From the NCBI GenBank assembly GCA_947084965.1, contig CAMTUG010000002.1, positions 79,434 to 143,433 on the forward strand: a DNA stretch of 64,000 bases, written 5' to 3'. Positions within the stretch are counted from its first letter, which is position 1. Every line of letters starts with the position of its first letter. This DNA comes from an uncultured Parcubacteria group bacterium. GTDB taxonomy: Bacteria; Patescibacteriota; Patescibacteriia; UBA9934; CAMTUG01. Positions 9,723 to 18,795 of this stretch are shown here, one piece after another. The translations under genes and the position numbers were made by a program. The notes below the pieces were generated by a model. It ran no database searches and had not been told where the DNA came from. It saw only the letters and a list, made by a program, of their open reading frames with translations.

Positions 9723-9840
9723 ATTCGAAATACGAAATCCGAAATTCGAAACAAATTCAAAGTGGAAACAGGAAGTTTGCAAACTTTCCTTTTCCTATTT
9801 CTGATTGTTTCGAATCTCGACATTCGAATTTAGAGTTTCT
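9723..9840. repeat. TTCGAAAT-rich inverted-repeat element, copy C; contains perfect palindrome AAGTTTGCAAACTT
   Basis: aaattcgaaatacgaaatccgaaattcgaaacaa ... ggaagtttgcaaactttcc ... ttgtttcgaatctcgacattcgaattt. Confidence 0.6.
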
Positions 9841-10233
9841 ATGCGCTTACTAGGAATTGATTACGGACTAAAAAAGATTGGCCTCGCCATCGGTGACGAC
9901 GAAGCAGGCGTCGCCGCTCCGTTAGAGGTGATTAGAAATGATGGAGAGATGACGACGGAGCTTCTGGCTAAGCGTATTCGTGACGAAGAGATCGATGCAG
10001 TTGTTTGTGGGGCGCCCCTTTCACAGGGTGGACATCACTCGAGCGATCAACTCGATAAAACTCGCGCCTTCATGGAGTCGCTTCGGAAGCAGGTGACCAT
10101 TCCGGTGTACGAGGAGGATGAGAGTTACACCACCAAAGAAAGTATTCGCATCGCGCGCGAGGAAAAATCTGGGATCGACGAAGATGCGCTGGCGGCATCC
10201 CTAATTTTGCAACAGTTTTTGAACCGCACCTAA
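9841..10233 (+). CDS. ruvX: YqgF/RuvX-like putative pre-16S rRNA nuclease / Holliday junction resolvase-like
   Basis: MRLLGIDYGLKKIGLAIGDDEAGVAAPLEVI... RNase H-like YqgF signature. Confidence 0.8.
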   Translation: MRLLGIDYGLKKIGLAIGDDEAGVAAPLEVIRNDGEMTTELLAKRIRDEEIDAVVCGAPLSQGGHHSSDQLDKTRAFMESLRKQVTIPVYEEDESYTTKESIRIAREEKSGIDEDALAASLILQQFLNRT

Positions 10234-10240
10234 AAGCAAC

Positions 10241-10290
10241 GACCACCCCCGAGGAGTAGCGACGAGAGGGTCGCTGCATGGGGGTGGTCT
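10241..10290. terminator. GC-rich hairpin element (CGACCACCCCC ... GGGGGTGGTC) between convergent genes; member of a repeat family
   Basis: cgaccacccccgaggagtagcgacgagagggtcgctgcatgggggtggtc; ~40 nt of it recurs reverse-complemented at 50431-50480 and, related, at 48822-48882. Confidence 0.5.
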
Positions 10291-10304
10291 TGTCGTTCGG
10301 ACTA

Positions 10305-11273
10305 CTACTCGTCGTAGTAGTCGTCGGGGTACTCGTGGTCGGATGGTTCAAGGACCCCGTCTTCATAGCCGGTGCCGTCTTCGTCCTCCTTCGGCGGGAC
10401 GATCGGGAGGGCCTGGTCCTCGAAGACGACGATCCGGTCGTGGGCGTTCCGCTGGCCGGGCTTCTGCTCGCCGCGCCGGAAGGCGAGGGAGTAGGGCCCG
10501 ACCGAGGCGAAGACGAACATGTCCGGGTGGCGGGTCCGCTCGTTGCGGCCGACCGTGAGGTCGATCGCCGAGGCGCCGCTGCCGCTGTAGACCACGAGCG
10601 TCTCGCCGGGGAGCGGCACCACGCGGTGGCCGATGAACTCGCCGACGCGCTGGAAGTAGCTCCTGGGCCCGTGGATGTTTTCGACCCGCTCGCCGAGCCG
10701 CTCCTTGCTCCCGTTGCTGAAGACCCAGTGGTCGCGGGTCCACGGCTTCAGGGTGAGGGCCTGCTCCCACTCGACGGTCTCGCAGCCGAGGTAGTCGAGC
10801 TTGTTGAGCGCCAGCTTCATCTCCACCCCCTTCGCGGGGTCGGCGAAGGTGATGGTGACGATGGGGGTCTTGTTGCGGTCGATCCAGCCCTGCTTCACGG
10901 TCAGCGTCACGCCCTCCTTCGGGGTGAGGGTGATGACCTCGCCGTCGAGCTTGGCGCCGAAGGGCTCGCCATAGCGGACCGCGTCCTGCGCCCGACTGGA
11001 CTCGAATCGGTCGTTGTTGAACCGGTCGAAGTAGCCGCCGGGCCGGGGGAGGTAGACCCCGAGGCAGGACCCGAGCACCCGTTCGAGCTCGCTCCAGTTC
11101 TCGTTGGCTTCGAGCGCCATGCGGATCCCGCAGGCGACCATTCGGTGGTCGGTCCCGATCCCGACCCCGCGACCGTAGGGGTCGTAGATGTAGGTCGTGC
11201 TGACGGGCCGGCGGAAGCCGATGATCTGCTTCATGGACATCGGAAAATCCTCCTCTTCACGTGCGGAGTGCAC
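10305..11273 (-). CDS. Hypothetical protein in a strongly GC-rich, GC3-biased island (possible start at 11240, MSMKQ)
   Basis: 322 aa ORF; visibly higher GC than flanking ruvX/recO; acidic C-terminal tail; own TTGACA-N18-TAATCT promoter upstream. Confidence 0.6.
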   Translation of the reverse strand: MHSAREEEDFPMSMKQIIGFRRPVSTTYIYDPYGRGVGIGTDHRMVACGIRMALEANENWSELERVLGSCLGVYLPRPGGYFDRFNNDRFESSRAQDAVRYGEPFGAKLDGEVITLTPKEGVTLTVKQGWIDRNKTPIVTITFADPAKGVEMKLALNKLDYLGCETVEWEQALTLKPWTRDHWVFSNGSKERLGERVENIHGPRSYFQRVGEFIGHRVVPLPGETLVVYSGSGASAIDLTVGRNERTRHPDMFVFASVGPYSLAFRRGEQKPGQRNAHDRIVVFEDQALPIVPPKEDEDGTGYEDGVLEPSDHEYPDDYYDE

Positions 11274-11323
11274 GGTGGTGCTTCTCGCGCTTCATGCGCG
11301 GAAGTGGCCTAGATTAGCATCAA

Positions 11324-11351
11324 AAGCCGATTCTGTCAAGACAGAATCGGC
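11324..11351. promoter_or_regulatory. Perfect 13-2-13 palindrome overlapping the -35 box of the minus-strand promoter, in the divergent recO intergenic region
   Basis: agccgattctgtc aa gacagaatcggct; TGTCAA (=TTGACA on minus) lies in the right arm. Confidence 0.4.
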
Positions 11352-11372
11352 TGAATATGGGAAAATTGACTC

Positions 11373-12143
11373 ATGTCCGTAACCTTTCGCACTACTGGAA
11401 TCGTTATTGCCATGCGCGATCTGTTTGAACACGATCGTGTCTATTCGGTTTTAACCGCTGAGCACGGGAAGCTCGAGTTGCGTGCCCGCGGGTCGCGGAA
11501 GATCTCTTCGAAACTCTCGGCGCACCTCGAACCGTTCGCTCTTTGTGATCTGATGGTTGTGCGTGGACGATACGGTGACTTGGTTGCGGGCGTAGAGCGC
11601 CTCGAGTCGTATCGATCAATTCGTGCGGACATGGATAAGCTCGAACTCGCTTGGCACACCTTGGCGTTGGTCGAGATGTCGACGCGAGCGCGGCTACACG
11701 ATCCGGTGATGTTCGACGAAGTCCGTCGTTGGTTGACGTTCATTGATGGAGCGCCAGAGTTGACTGCAGATCGCGCGGCCTTTCTTTCTGGAAGTTTCAC
11801 CCTTAAACTCCTCGCCATTCTTGGGTTTCGTCCAGAACTTTTGTGTTGCGTGAACTGCGAACGCGGCATCGCCCCGATGGGCTACTCGTGGCACGGGTTG
11901 AAAGGGGGGGTCGTTTGTCGCGATTGCTGCAGTCGCGAGCCAGAGCAGTGGTTTTCTGCCCGCCGCATTGATGACAATTCGCTTAAGCTGATCCGCTACG
12001 CCATGAGCGAGCACTTCGAGCATCTCCTCGACATTCGTTTGCCAGGCCCGATTCTTTCTGAATATCACGCCGTCATTGAGTCCTTGGTGGTCGCACACTT
12101 TCCCGTTATTCCCACCGTCTCTTTTTCGCGCACTGCTGCCTAA
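11373..12143 (+). CDS. recO: DNA repair protein RecO
   Basis: OB-fold N-terminus and CCVNCERG...CRDCC zinc-finger C-terminus. Confidence 0.85.
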   Translation: MSVTFRTTGIVIAMRDLFEHDRVYSVLTAEHGKLELRARGSRKISSKLSAHLEPFALCDLMVVRGRYGDLVAGVERLESYRSIRADMDKLELAWHTLALVEMSTRARLHDPVMFDEVRRWLTFIDGAPELTADRAAFLSGSFTLKLLAILGFRPELLCCVNCERGIAPMGYSWHGLKGGVVCRDCCSREPEQWFSARRIDDNSLKLIRYAMSEHFEHLLDIRLPGPILSEYHAVIESLVVAHFPVIPTVSFSRTAA

Positions 12144-12403
12144 ATCACAACCCTACGCGCTCCGCCGAATCCCGCCACGACATAGATTTTTGCTCCTGAT
12201 ACCGGCTTCAGAAGCCGGTATCAGGAATGGCGCTTGACGATCAATCGGTGTGAGGGTAGTGTGATTGTAGGTATGCAGAAACGTCGATTCGACATCGCCA
12301 ATAATGATAATAACCAGCGTTCGCTGGCTTTCTTGGCATAATCGGGTGACGACATCGTATGCCAAAGAAGAACGCCAGCAGACCGCTGGTCGTTTTGTTT
12401 TAT

Positions 12404-12479
12404 TGGCCTGTAGTTTAATTGGCAAAACATTCCGCTGTTAACGGAAAGAGCGCAGGTTCGACTCCTGCCGGGCCAGCCA
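12404..12479 (+). tRNA. tRNA-Asn (GTT)
   Basis: Cloverleaf: acceptor TGGCCTG/CGGGCCA, anticodon loop CTGTTAA, T-arm GCAGGTTCGACTCCTGC, encoded CCA. Confidence 0.8.
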
Positions 12480-12516
12480 TCTATTCCTTGCGTCTATGCG
12501 TTTAGTTCGCTAAAAT

Positions 12517-13824
12517 ATGCACACTATGACTGAGACGATGATTGATAAGATCGGTGCGAAGGTTGGCCAAGAAGTTGAGTTAAAGGGTTGGGCGTACAAC
12601 TTCCGCTCGAGCGGGAAGATTTTCTTCTTGCAATTGCGTGACGGATCGGGTCGGGTGCAGGTCGTCTATTCAGCGGCAGAGTTGCCGCCCGAACAATGGG
12701 AGGAGCTGCAGAAGATTCGGATTGAGTCATCTGTCGTTGTTCGTGGAATCGTTAAAGCCGAGCCGCGATCAGCCTCCGGATTTGAGCTTCAGGGCGTGTC
12801 GTTTCAACCGATCCAAGTCGCGCCGGAAGATTATCCGATCGGCAAAAAGGAACACGGACCAGATTTCCTCCTCGATCAACGCCACCTGTGGTTGCGTTCA
12901 GAAAAGCAGTGGGCGATTCAGCGCGTGCGCAACACGATCATCAACGCGACGTACGCCTATTTGAACGAAATCGGATTTATCAAAATTGATTCTCCGATTC
13001 TCACACCAACGGCTTGCGAAGGGACGACGGAGTTGTTTGAACTTGAGTACTTCGACATGGGCAAGGCGTACTTGTCGCAGTCGGGGCAGTTGTATTTAGA
13101 AGCGGCGATCATGAGCGTTGGCCGTTGTTTCGACTTTGGTCCGGTCTTCCGCGCGGAAAAATCCAAAACGCGCCGTCACCTCACTGAGTTTTGGATGATG
13201 GACGCCGAAGCGGCGTTTGTCGAACATGAAGAGAACTTGAAGATTCAGGAAGGGCTCGTCTGTCGTATTGTCAAAGACGTTCTCGAAAAGAACCGCAAGG
13301 AACTCGAAGTGCTTGAACGCGATATTTCAGCGCTTGAAAAAGTCCAAGCGCCATTTGTGCGCATGACGCATACCGAAGCGGTGAAGATTTTGCGCGAACA
13401 CGGCAGTGATATCGGTGACTTGGATGATTTGGGGGCGGACGACGAAACCGTTCTTACTAAAATGTACGATCGCCCGATCTTTGTCGAAAAGTATCCGGCC
13501 GAAGTCAAAGCGTTTTACATGAAGCGTGATCCATCGGACCCGACCCGCGTGTTGAATGCTGACCTCTTGGCCCCAGAAGGGTATGGCGAAATATTCGGTG
13601 GATCGCAACGCGAAGATGATCATGACGCCCTTCTTGAACGCATCCGCGAACACAACCTTCCGGTTGAACCACTGCAGTGGTATCTCGACCTGCGCAAGTA
13701 TGGCTCTGTGCCACACTCAGGATTTGGGTACGGTTTGGAGCGCATCACCGGCTGGGTCTGCGGTACGCAACACATTCGCGAAACGATCCCGTTCCCACGC
13801 CTGATTAATCGCCTCACACCGTAA
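12517..13824 (+). CDS. asnS: Asparaginyl-tRNA synthetase (class IIb; an archaeal-type AspRS cannot be excluded)
   Basis: N-terminal OB anticodon-binding domain, motif 2 GPVFRAEKSKTRRHLTEFWMMDAE, motif 3 GFGYGLERI; adjacent tRNA-Asn. Confidence 0.65.
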   Translation: MHTMTETMIDKIGAKVGQEVELKGWAYNFRSSGKIFFLQLRDGSGRVQVVYSAAELPPEQWEELQKIRIESSVVVRGIVKAEPRSASGFELQGVSFQPIQVAPEDYPIGKKEHGPDFLLDQRHLWLRSEKQWAIQRVRNTIINATYAYLNEIGFIKIDSPILTPTACEGTTELFELEYFDMGKAYLSQSGQLYLEAAIMSVGRCFDFGPVFRAEKSKTRRHLTEFWMMDAEAAFVEHEENLKIQEGLVCRIVKDVLEKNRKELEVLERDISALEKVQAPFVRMTHTEAVKILREHGSDIGDLDDLGADDETVLTKMYDRPIFVEKYPAEVKAFYMKRDPSDPTRVLNADLLAPEGYGEIFGGSQREDDHDALLERIREHNLPVEPLQWYLDLRKYGSVPHSGFGYGLERITGWVCGTQHIRETIPFPRLINRLTP

Positions 13825-13825
13825 T

Positions 13826-14980
13826 ATGGAAAAAAAGATCCTCCCCGCCATTGTGCTTATTTTGATCGCCGGGGCGATTGCCTACTGGAAGTTGTCGAAT
13901 CCGATCATGGATAAGCCGGTCGCTCCGGATACCTATATTGTTTGGAGTGCGACACGTGAAACGACGGATCGATCTGTTGACGATACTCCCGGTGCAGACG
14001 TTCTTTATACCTGCGATGCCTTTGCCTATCGTTACGCGATCGGGGCGGAGGAGATGCTTCAACTGGATCGCATCACTGCGGAGGCGAGTGGCTGTGATTA
14101 TCCCTACAGCTTTGTTCCTGCCACTGAACTTGTCTACACGTATTCCGATTATCGTTTGAATTTGAATGGGAAAAAGTTTGCTTGGGAAGACCCAGGGAAG
14201 CTTGGTGTGGAGGGATATGGTACAGGCGAGCTGCATGTCTATTCCGAGTACATGATGCCAGACAACGACACGATTGTGACGCTCGTCCCGCGTGAAGGGG
14301 AGAGTACTCAGTTTACGATTCAGAATGAGAATTATATCAGCAGGCCGTATTACCTCTCCCCAATCGCAGTAAGCGATGACGGCACGCAGATCTATTTTGG
14401 AGAGTTCACCGAAGCGAGCGGATCCCTTCGTTTCGGAATTCATGTCCATGTCTATAATGTGGCCGTGGGGAGCATGACTCGGATTGCCTACGGCAATGAT
14501 CTGCTCGTGAGTGACTTTGTGTTCGATACGGCAGGGAAGCGCATGCTGGTTATTTCAGGAACGCGCCAGGTGAATGAAGAAGCGCCTGGGTGGGATGAAG
14601 TGATCGGACCGAGCCAGTTACATCTTGTTGATTTAGTGACCGGCAAAGGGAAGATTCTCGGTGTAGAAACAACGGACGAAGCAATTCTTACGTCTCCACG
14701 TTTCTCCCCGGTGAATGCTGATACGTTCTCGGCCGAATCAAACGGGGTGACGCACATGATTACCGTAGATGCGGATGGACTCATCACCGACGGTAATGAT
14801 ATCACTGGTCGCATCGTCGACTGGACGGACGACATTCTTGTTCTGGCCGGTCCTTCGCGCTACATGATTTTTGACCCGACAGGAAAGATATTTCTTGGAG
14901 CGACGAACTGGGCGGACTTCGATCTGACGGATGGCAGCTTTGGCTTCCAGTACCTTGGTTCGGCCACCATCTCAGAATAA
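13826..14980 (+). CDS. Membrane-anchored hypothetical protein (N-terminal TM; possibly beta-propeller-like), paralog 1
   Basis: MEKKILPAIVLILIAGAIAYWKL TM; shares GPSxLHLxDL and W.DD motifs with the next ORF. Confidence 0.6.
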   Translation: MEKKILPAIVLILIAGAIAYWKLSNPIMDKPVAPDTYIVWSATRETTDRSVDDTPGADVLYTCDAFAYRYAIGAEEMLQLDRITAEASGCDYPYSFVPATELVYTYSDYRLNLNGKKFAWEDPGKLGVEGYGTGELHVYSEYMMPDNDTIVTLVPREGESTQFTIQNENYISRPYYLSPIAVSDDGTQIYFGEFTEASGSLRFGIHVHVYNVAVGSMTRIAYGNDLLVSDFVFDTAGKRMLVISGTRQVNEEAPGWDEVIGPSQLHLVDLVTGKGKILGVETTDEAILTSPRFSPVNADTFSAESNGVTHMITVDADGLITDGNDITGRIVDWTDDILVLAGPSRYMIFDPTGKIFLGATNWADFDLTDGSFGFQYLGSATISE

Positions 14981-14982
14981 GT

Positions 14983-16077
14983 ATGAATCGCATTCAACTC
15001 GCCTCTGTTCTCGTGATCGCTGCGATCGCCATCCTGACCGGATGGGTGTATCTGTCTTCAACGAAGGAGCAGATTGAAGTGACGCCTGCTCCTCTGGGAC
15101 AAGAGGAGCTCGTCGAAGAAACTGCTGAACTCCCGGGACTCACACCTGGAATGTACGTCTTGTATACCAAGGAAGTTGTGGCCGATCGTGGGGAGGACGT
15201 AGAACAAAATTCGGATGATGTTCGTGAAGAGACGTACTGGGTTTATCCGGTCGCTGGCGGGACACCGCGTCAGCTGACAGATGAGCAAGCACAGGAGTTG
15301 CTTCCATCAAAGGAACAGGTCTGGACTGGTGGCACTACGACCGTCACCGCTGACTTCGTATTTAAAGAAGGCGAGCGTGGGCCAACGGTGACGATGAACG
15401 TTGTGGCTGCCGGGGATTCTACGTCGATCACGTTTGACGATGCAGAAATGGGGATCGAATTTGGCTATCCCTGGCCGGCGGCCGTCGCGAGTGATGGTTC
15501 GGCGGTCTACCTCCGCCAAGTGTTCGAAGGAGAAGGATGGTTTAGCGGATTCTGGAAGTATGACGTCGTGACTGGGGAGATCACGCGTTGTGCATATTGC
15601 GACACGTTTGCGCTCAAGATGCCGTTCGTCAATCCAGCAACCAAACAGATGATCGCTACATCGTTCCCACAACCAGAATCGCTCAGCGATTGGATCATGG
15701 GGCCATCGGCACTGCATCTCATCGACTTACAGACGATGAATGGCATGGAGATCAGCTCCTCTGCAGATCTTGGTTTCGTGCTCCCGACCCTTTCCCCAGA
15801 AGGGACGTACTACAGCTACAACTGGGGGAATGAACAGCCGCCACAGTTGTGGGTGGTGCCGGTGGTCGGCGGTGAGTTTAAAAACAGCAACCGTGTGATC
15901 CAAGGATCATTGCTCACGTGGGTTGATGATCACACCCTTCTTGTCGACCGCTCTGGCGAACTGGTGCTCTACCAGATGACCACCCGTGCAGTGACGGCGA
16001 TTGATCGTACGATTGGGTTTTATCAAGATTCAGATTATCAGCGCATTGCGTTCGTTGATATCGTAACTGTCGAATAA
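14983..16077 (+). CDS. Membrane-anchored hypothetical protein, paralog 2
   Basis: MNRIQLASVLVIAAIAILTGWVYL TM; same architecture as 13826-14980. Confidence 0.6.
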   Translation: MNRIQLASVLVIAAIAILTGWVYLSSTKEQIEVTPAPLGQEELVEETAELPGLTPGMYVLYTKEVVADRGEDVEQNSDDVREETYWVYPVAGGTPRQLTDEQAQELLPSKEQVWTGGTTTVTADFVFKEGERGPTVTMNVVAAGDSTSITFDDAEMGIEFGYPWPAAVASDGSAVYLRQVFEGEGWFSGFWKYDVVTGEITRCAYCDTFALKMPFVNPATKQMIATSFPQPESLSDWIMGPSALHLIDLQTMNGMEISSSADLGFVLPTLSPEGTYYSYNWGNEQPPQLWVVPVVGGEFKNSNRVIQGSLLTWVDDHTLLVDRSGELVLYQMTTRAVTAIDRTIGFYQDSDYQRIAFVDIVTVE

Positions 16078-16078
16078 T

Positions 16079-17491
16079 ATGCAGCGCACATGGAATTGGG
16101 AGACGAAAGACAAGGTGGGGGAAGTGGTTCGCTTGAACGGCTGGGTGCATAACGTCCGTCGTGTCGGCGATAAGCTCGTCTTTGTTATTTTGCGTGACGG
16201 TTCGGCTACGGTGCAGTGTGTCTGCTACAAGCCGGATTTAGACGAAGCCACAAACGCGCTGATCGATTCGCTCGGTACAGAGTTTGTTGTCGAGATCGAA
16301 GGTGAGGTGAAGGCGCGTGGGGAGAAGCAGATCAATCCGGATATGGTGACCGGTACGGTCGAAGTCGGAATTAAATCGCTCAAAGTGTTGAACACCTGTA
16401 AGACCCCGCCGTTTGAGATCGACAAAGACACGATGGGGGTGAATGAAGAGTTGCGTTTGAAGTATCGCTACCTTGATCTGCGCTCAGAGCGAATGCACAA
16501 GAATATTTGGATGCGTTCCTCGATTGTGCGGGCCATTCGTGATCATCTGTACGCCTCGCATTTTACGGAGATCGAAACGGCGATTCTGACCAAAGGGACG
16601 CCAGAAGGGGCGCGTGAGTTTTTGGTCCCGTCACGCCTGCACGCCGGGAATTTTTACGTCCTGCCACAATCGCCACAGCAGTTCAAGCAGTTGTTGATGG
16701 TCGGTGGAAAAGAGCGTTACTTCCAGGTGGCCAAATGTTTCCGCGATGAAGACCAGCGCGGCGATCGTCAGCCGGAATTCACTCAGATCGACCTTGAGAT
16801 GAGTTTTGTTGAGCGCGAGGATGTGATGAACGTTATCGAAACGATGTTGATCGAACTCGTGACCAAGTTGTATCCAGGGAAGAAGATTCAGCAAACGCCG
16901 TTCCCGCGTTTGTCGTACAAAGAAGCGATGGAAAAGTACGGCACCGATCGTCCAGACTTGCGCGAAGACAAGAACGATCCGAATCTTCTTGCTTTTGGCT
17001 GGGTGATTGATTTTCCGTTCTTTGAGAAAACCGAGGAAGGTGGGTGGACGTTCACTCACAATCCATTTTCGCGCGCCTTGCCGGAATGTCATCAGGACTT
17101 GATGGACAAGAAGAATATTGAAGGGATCGTCACTTCACAGTATGACGTGGTGTTGAACGGGTTTGAGATCGGTGGGGGATCGATTCGCAACCATGAATCG
17201 CTCGCGCTACAACGCGTCTTCGAAATCATGGGGATCGCCATGGAAGAGATTCAAGCCAAGTTTGGTCATATGCTCGAAGCGTTCGAATTCGGCGCACCAC
17301 CGCACGGGGGGATTGCCCTCGGACTCGATCGCTTGGTCGCCATTTTGCAGAACGAACCAAACATCCGCGAAGTGATCGCCTTCCCGAAGGATGGCCACGC
17401 CTACGACCACATGATGCAAGCGCCGTCGCCGATGCCGGAGAAGTCGCTCAAGGAAGTGCATATCGAATTGGATGTAGAAAGCGGAAAGTAG
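16079..17491 (+). CDS. aspS: Aspartyl-tRNA synthetase (short form, no GAD insertion)
   Basis: motif 2 FQVAKCFRDEDQRGDRQPEFTQIDLEMSF; motif 3 GGIALGLDRLV. Confidence 0.85.
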   Translation: MQRTWNWETKDKVGEVVRLNGWVHNVRRVGDKLVFVILRDGSATVQCVCYKPDLDEATNALIDSLGTEFVVEIEGEVKARGEKQINPDMVTGTVEVGIKSLKVLNTCKTPPFEIDKDTMGVNEELRLKYRYLDLRSERMHKNIWMRSSIVRAIRDHLYASHFTEIETAILTKGTPEGAREFLVPSRLHAGNFYVLPQSPQQFKQLLMVGGKERYFQVAKCFRDEDQRGDRQPEFTQIDLEMSFVEREDVMNVIETMLIELVTKLYPGKKIQQTPFPRLSYKEAMEKYGTDRPDLREDKNDPNLLAFGWVIDFPFFEKTEEGGWTFTHNPFSRALPECHQDLMDKKNIEGIVTSQYDVVLNGFEIGGGSIRNHESLALQRVFEIMGIAMEEIQAKFGHMLEAFEFGAPPHGGIALGLDRLVAILQNEPNIREVIAFPKDGHAYDHMMQAPSPMPEKSLKEVHIELDVESGK

Positions 17492-17509
17492 TAAGCAGAA
17501 AGCGGAGAC

Positions 17510-18211
17510 ATGAAATTCGAAATCAAACTTGATGCCTTCAGCGGGCCGCTGCAATTACTCCTCGAGCTTGTCGAGAAGCAAGATTTGCCGATCACCGAAG
17601 TGGCGCTGGCGAAGGTAACAGAAGATTACTTGAAGCATCTCGAAGCAAACGAGGTGCCTTCAAGTGAATTGGCAGATTTTCTCGTTGTTGCTGCACGGTT
17701 GTTGTATCTCAAGTCCGCAGCGATCTTGCCGACCCCTCCGGCCGAGGAAGAAGATGCTGGTGCACTCGCCGCTCAGCTCAAGCTGTACAAAGAATTCGTC
17801 GTCGCTACAGAATATGTCGATGCTCTTTATCGCGCCGGCCGCGTGAGTTACGGTCGACCGGTGAACGCCACCAAACTTCCGGTTGTGACCGCGTTCCGTC
17901 CACCCGAGAATGCCACGCCGTCAGCCTTGCAATCCCTCTTCGCCACTCTCCTGAAGCGCCTTGAGCCGTTTTTCACCTTGCAGCAAACGACGATGCATAA
18001 GATTGTGAGCGTGCAGGAGCGCATCAAACAGATTCGCGAAGTGTTGCTCGAACGTGCCCAGATGTCTTTCAAAGACATCACAAAGGGGGCGGGGTCGAGG
18101 ATCGAAGTTGTGGTTAGCTTCCTCGCTCTGCTAGAATTGATGAAGCAGAAAGCCATCATGGCTGTACAGTCGTCAGCATTCGGGGACATTGAGCTCAAGA
18201 GGGTGGATTAA
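17510..18211 (+). CDS. scpA: Segregation and condensation protein A
   Basis: MKFEIKLDAFSGPLQLLLELVEKQDLPITEVALAKVTEDYL. Confidence 0.85.
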   Translation: MKFEIKLDAFSGPLQLLLELVEKQDLPITEVALAKVTEDYLKHLEANEVPSSELADFLVVAARLLYLKSAAILPTPPAEEEDAGALAAQLKLYKEFVVATEYVDALYRAGRVSYGRPVNATKLPVVTAFRPPENATPSALQSLFATLLKRLEPFFTLQQTTMHKIVSVQERIKQIREVLLERAQMSFKDITKGAGSRIEVVVSFLALLELMKQKAIMAVQSSAFGDIELKRVD

Positions 18212-18246
18212 TTCGTGGTACGTAGAAAGAGGTAAGTGGAGACACT

Positions 18247-18795
18247 ATGGTCAAAGGAAAATTAGAAGCGGTGCTGTTTGTTTCAGGAAAATCGATGGCG
18301 ATTAAGTCTCTTGCAAAGCTCGTCGAAGCAACAGAAGAGGAAGTTCAAGCGGCGATAAAGCAGCTTCAGCTTGAACGTAATGTGGAGAGTTCTGGCATCC
18401 ACCTTCTCGAGCACGATGGCCATGTTCAATTTGTAACCAATCCAGGATTCGCGACTCTAGTCGCAAATTTGGTAAAGGATGAATTCTCGGACGAGCTCAC
18501 GCGACCGCAACTCGAAACGCTTTCCATTATTTTGTATCGTGGGCCGATCACCAAGCCGGAGATCGAGCAGATTCGTGGGGTCAACTGTAGTCTCATTCTA
18601 CGCAATTTGTTGATTCGCGGTTTGATCAGTGAAGAGGAACACGCAGAGAAGCTTCAGATGGTTTACAGCGCCACGACCGATTTTCTTCGTCATCTCGGCG
18701 TCAGTGGCGTCACGGAGATCCCTGAATACGATCGATTTCACACCGACGAACGTATTTCCAAACTGATCGAAGAATCAACTCAAGGAACGCTGTGA
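18247..18795 (+). CDS. scpB: Segregation and condensation protein B
   Basis: two winged-helix repeats; ...LETLSIILYRGPITKPEIEQIRGVN... Confidence 0.85.
   Translation: MVKGKLEAVLFVSGKSMAIKSLAKLVEATEEEVQAAIKQLQLERNVESSGIHLLEHDGHVQFVTNPGFATLVANLVKDEFSDELTRPQLETLSIILYRGPITKPEIEQIRGVNCSLILRNLLIRGLISEEEHAEKLQMVYSATTDFLRHLGVSGVTEIPEYDRFHTDERISKLIEESTQGTL

Noticed and set aside
2896-9840. TTCGAAAT-rich repeats as a possible CRISPR array
   Set aside because: The copies are kilobases apart, are not regularly spaced repeat-spacer units, differ in length, and each is internally an inverted repeat. No cas genes are present in the window.
10278-11312. 344-aa plus-strand ORF (and several smaller ones) overlapping the GC-rich minus-strand gene
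   Set aside because: Shadow ORFs are typical of GC-rich DNA. The translation is low-complexity Gly/Val/Ala/Pro/Arg-rich, and the minus-strand frame has the coherent protein-like sequence and its own promoter and terminator.
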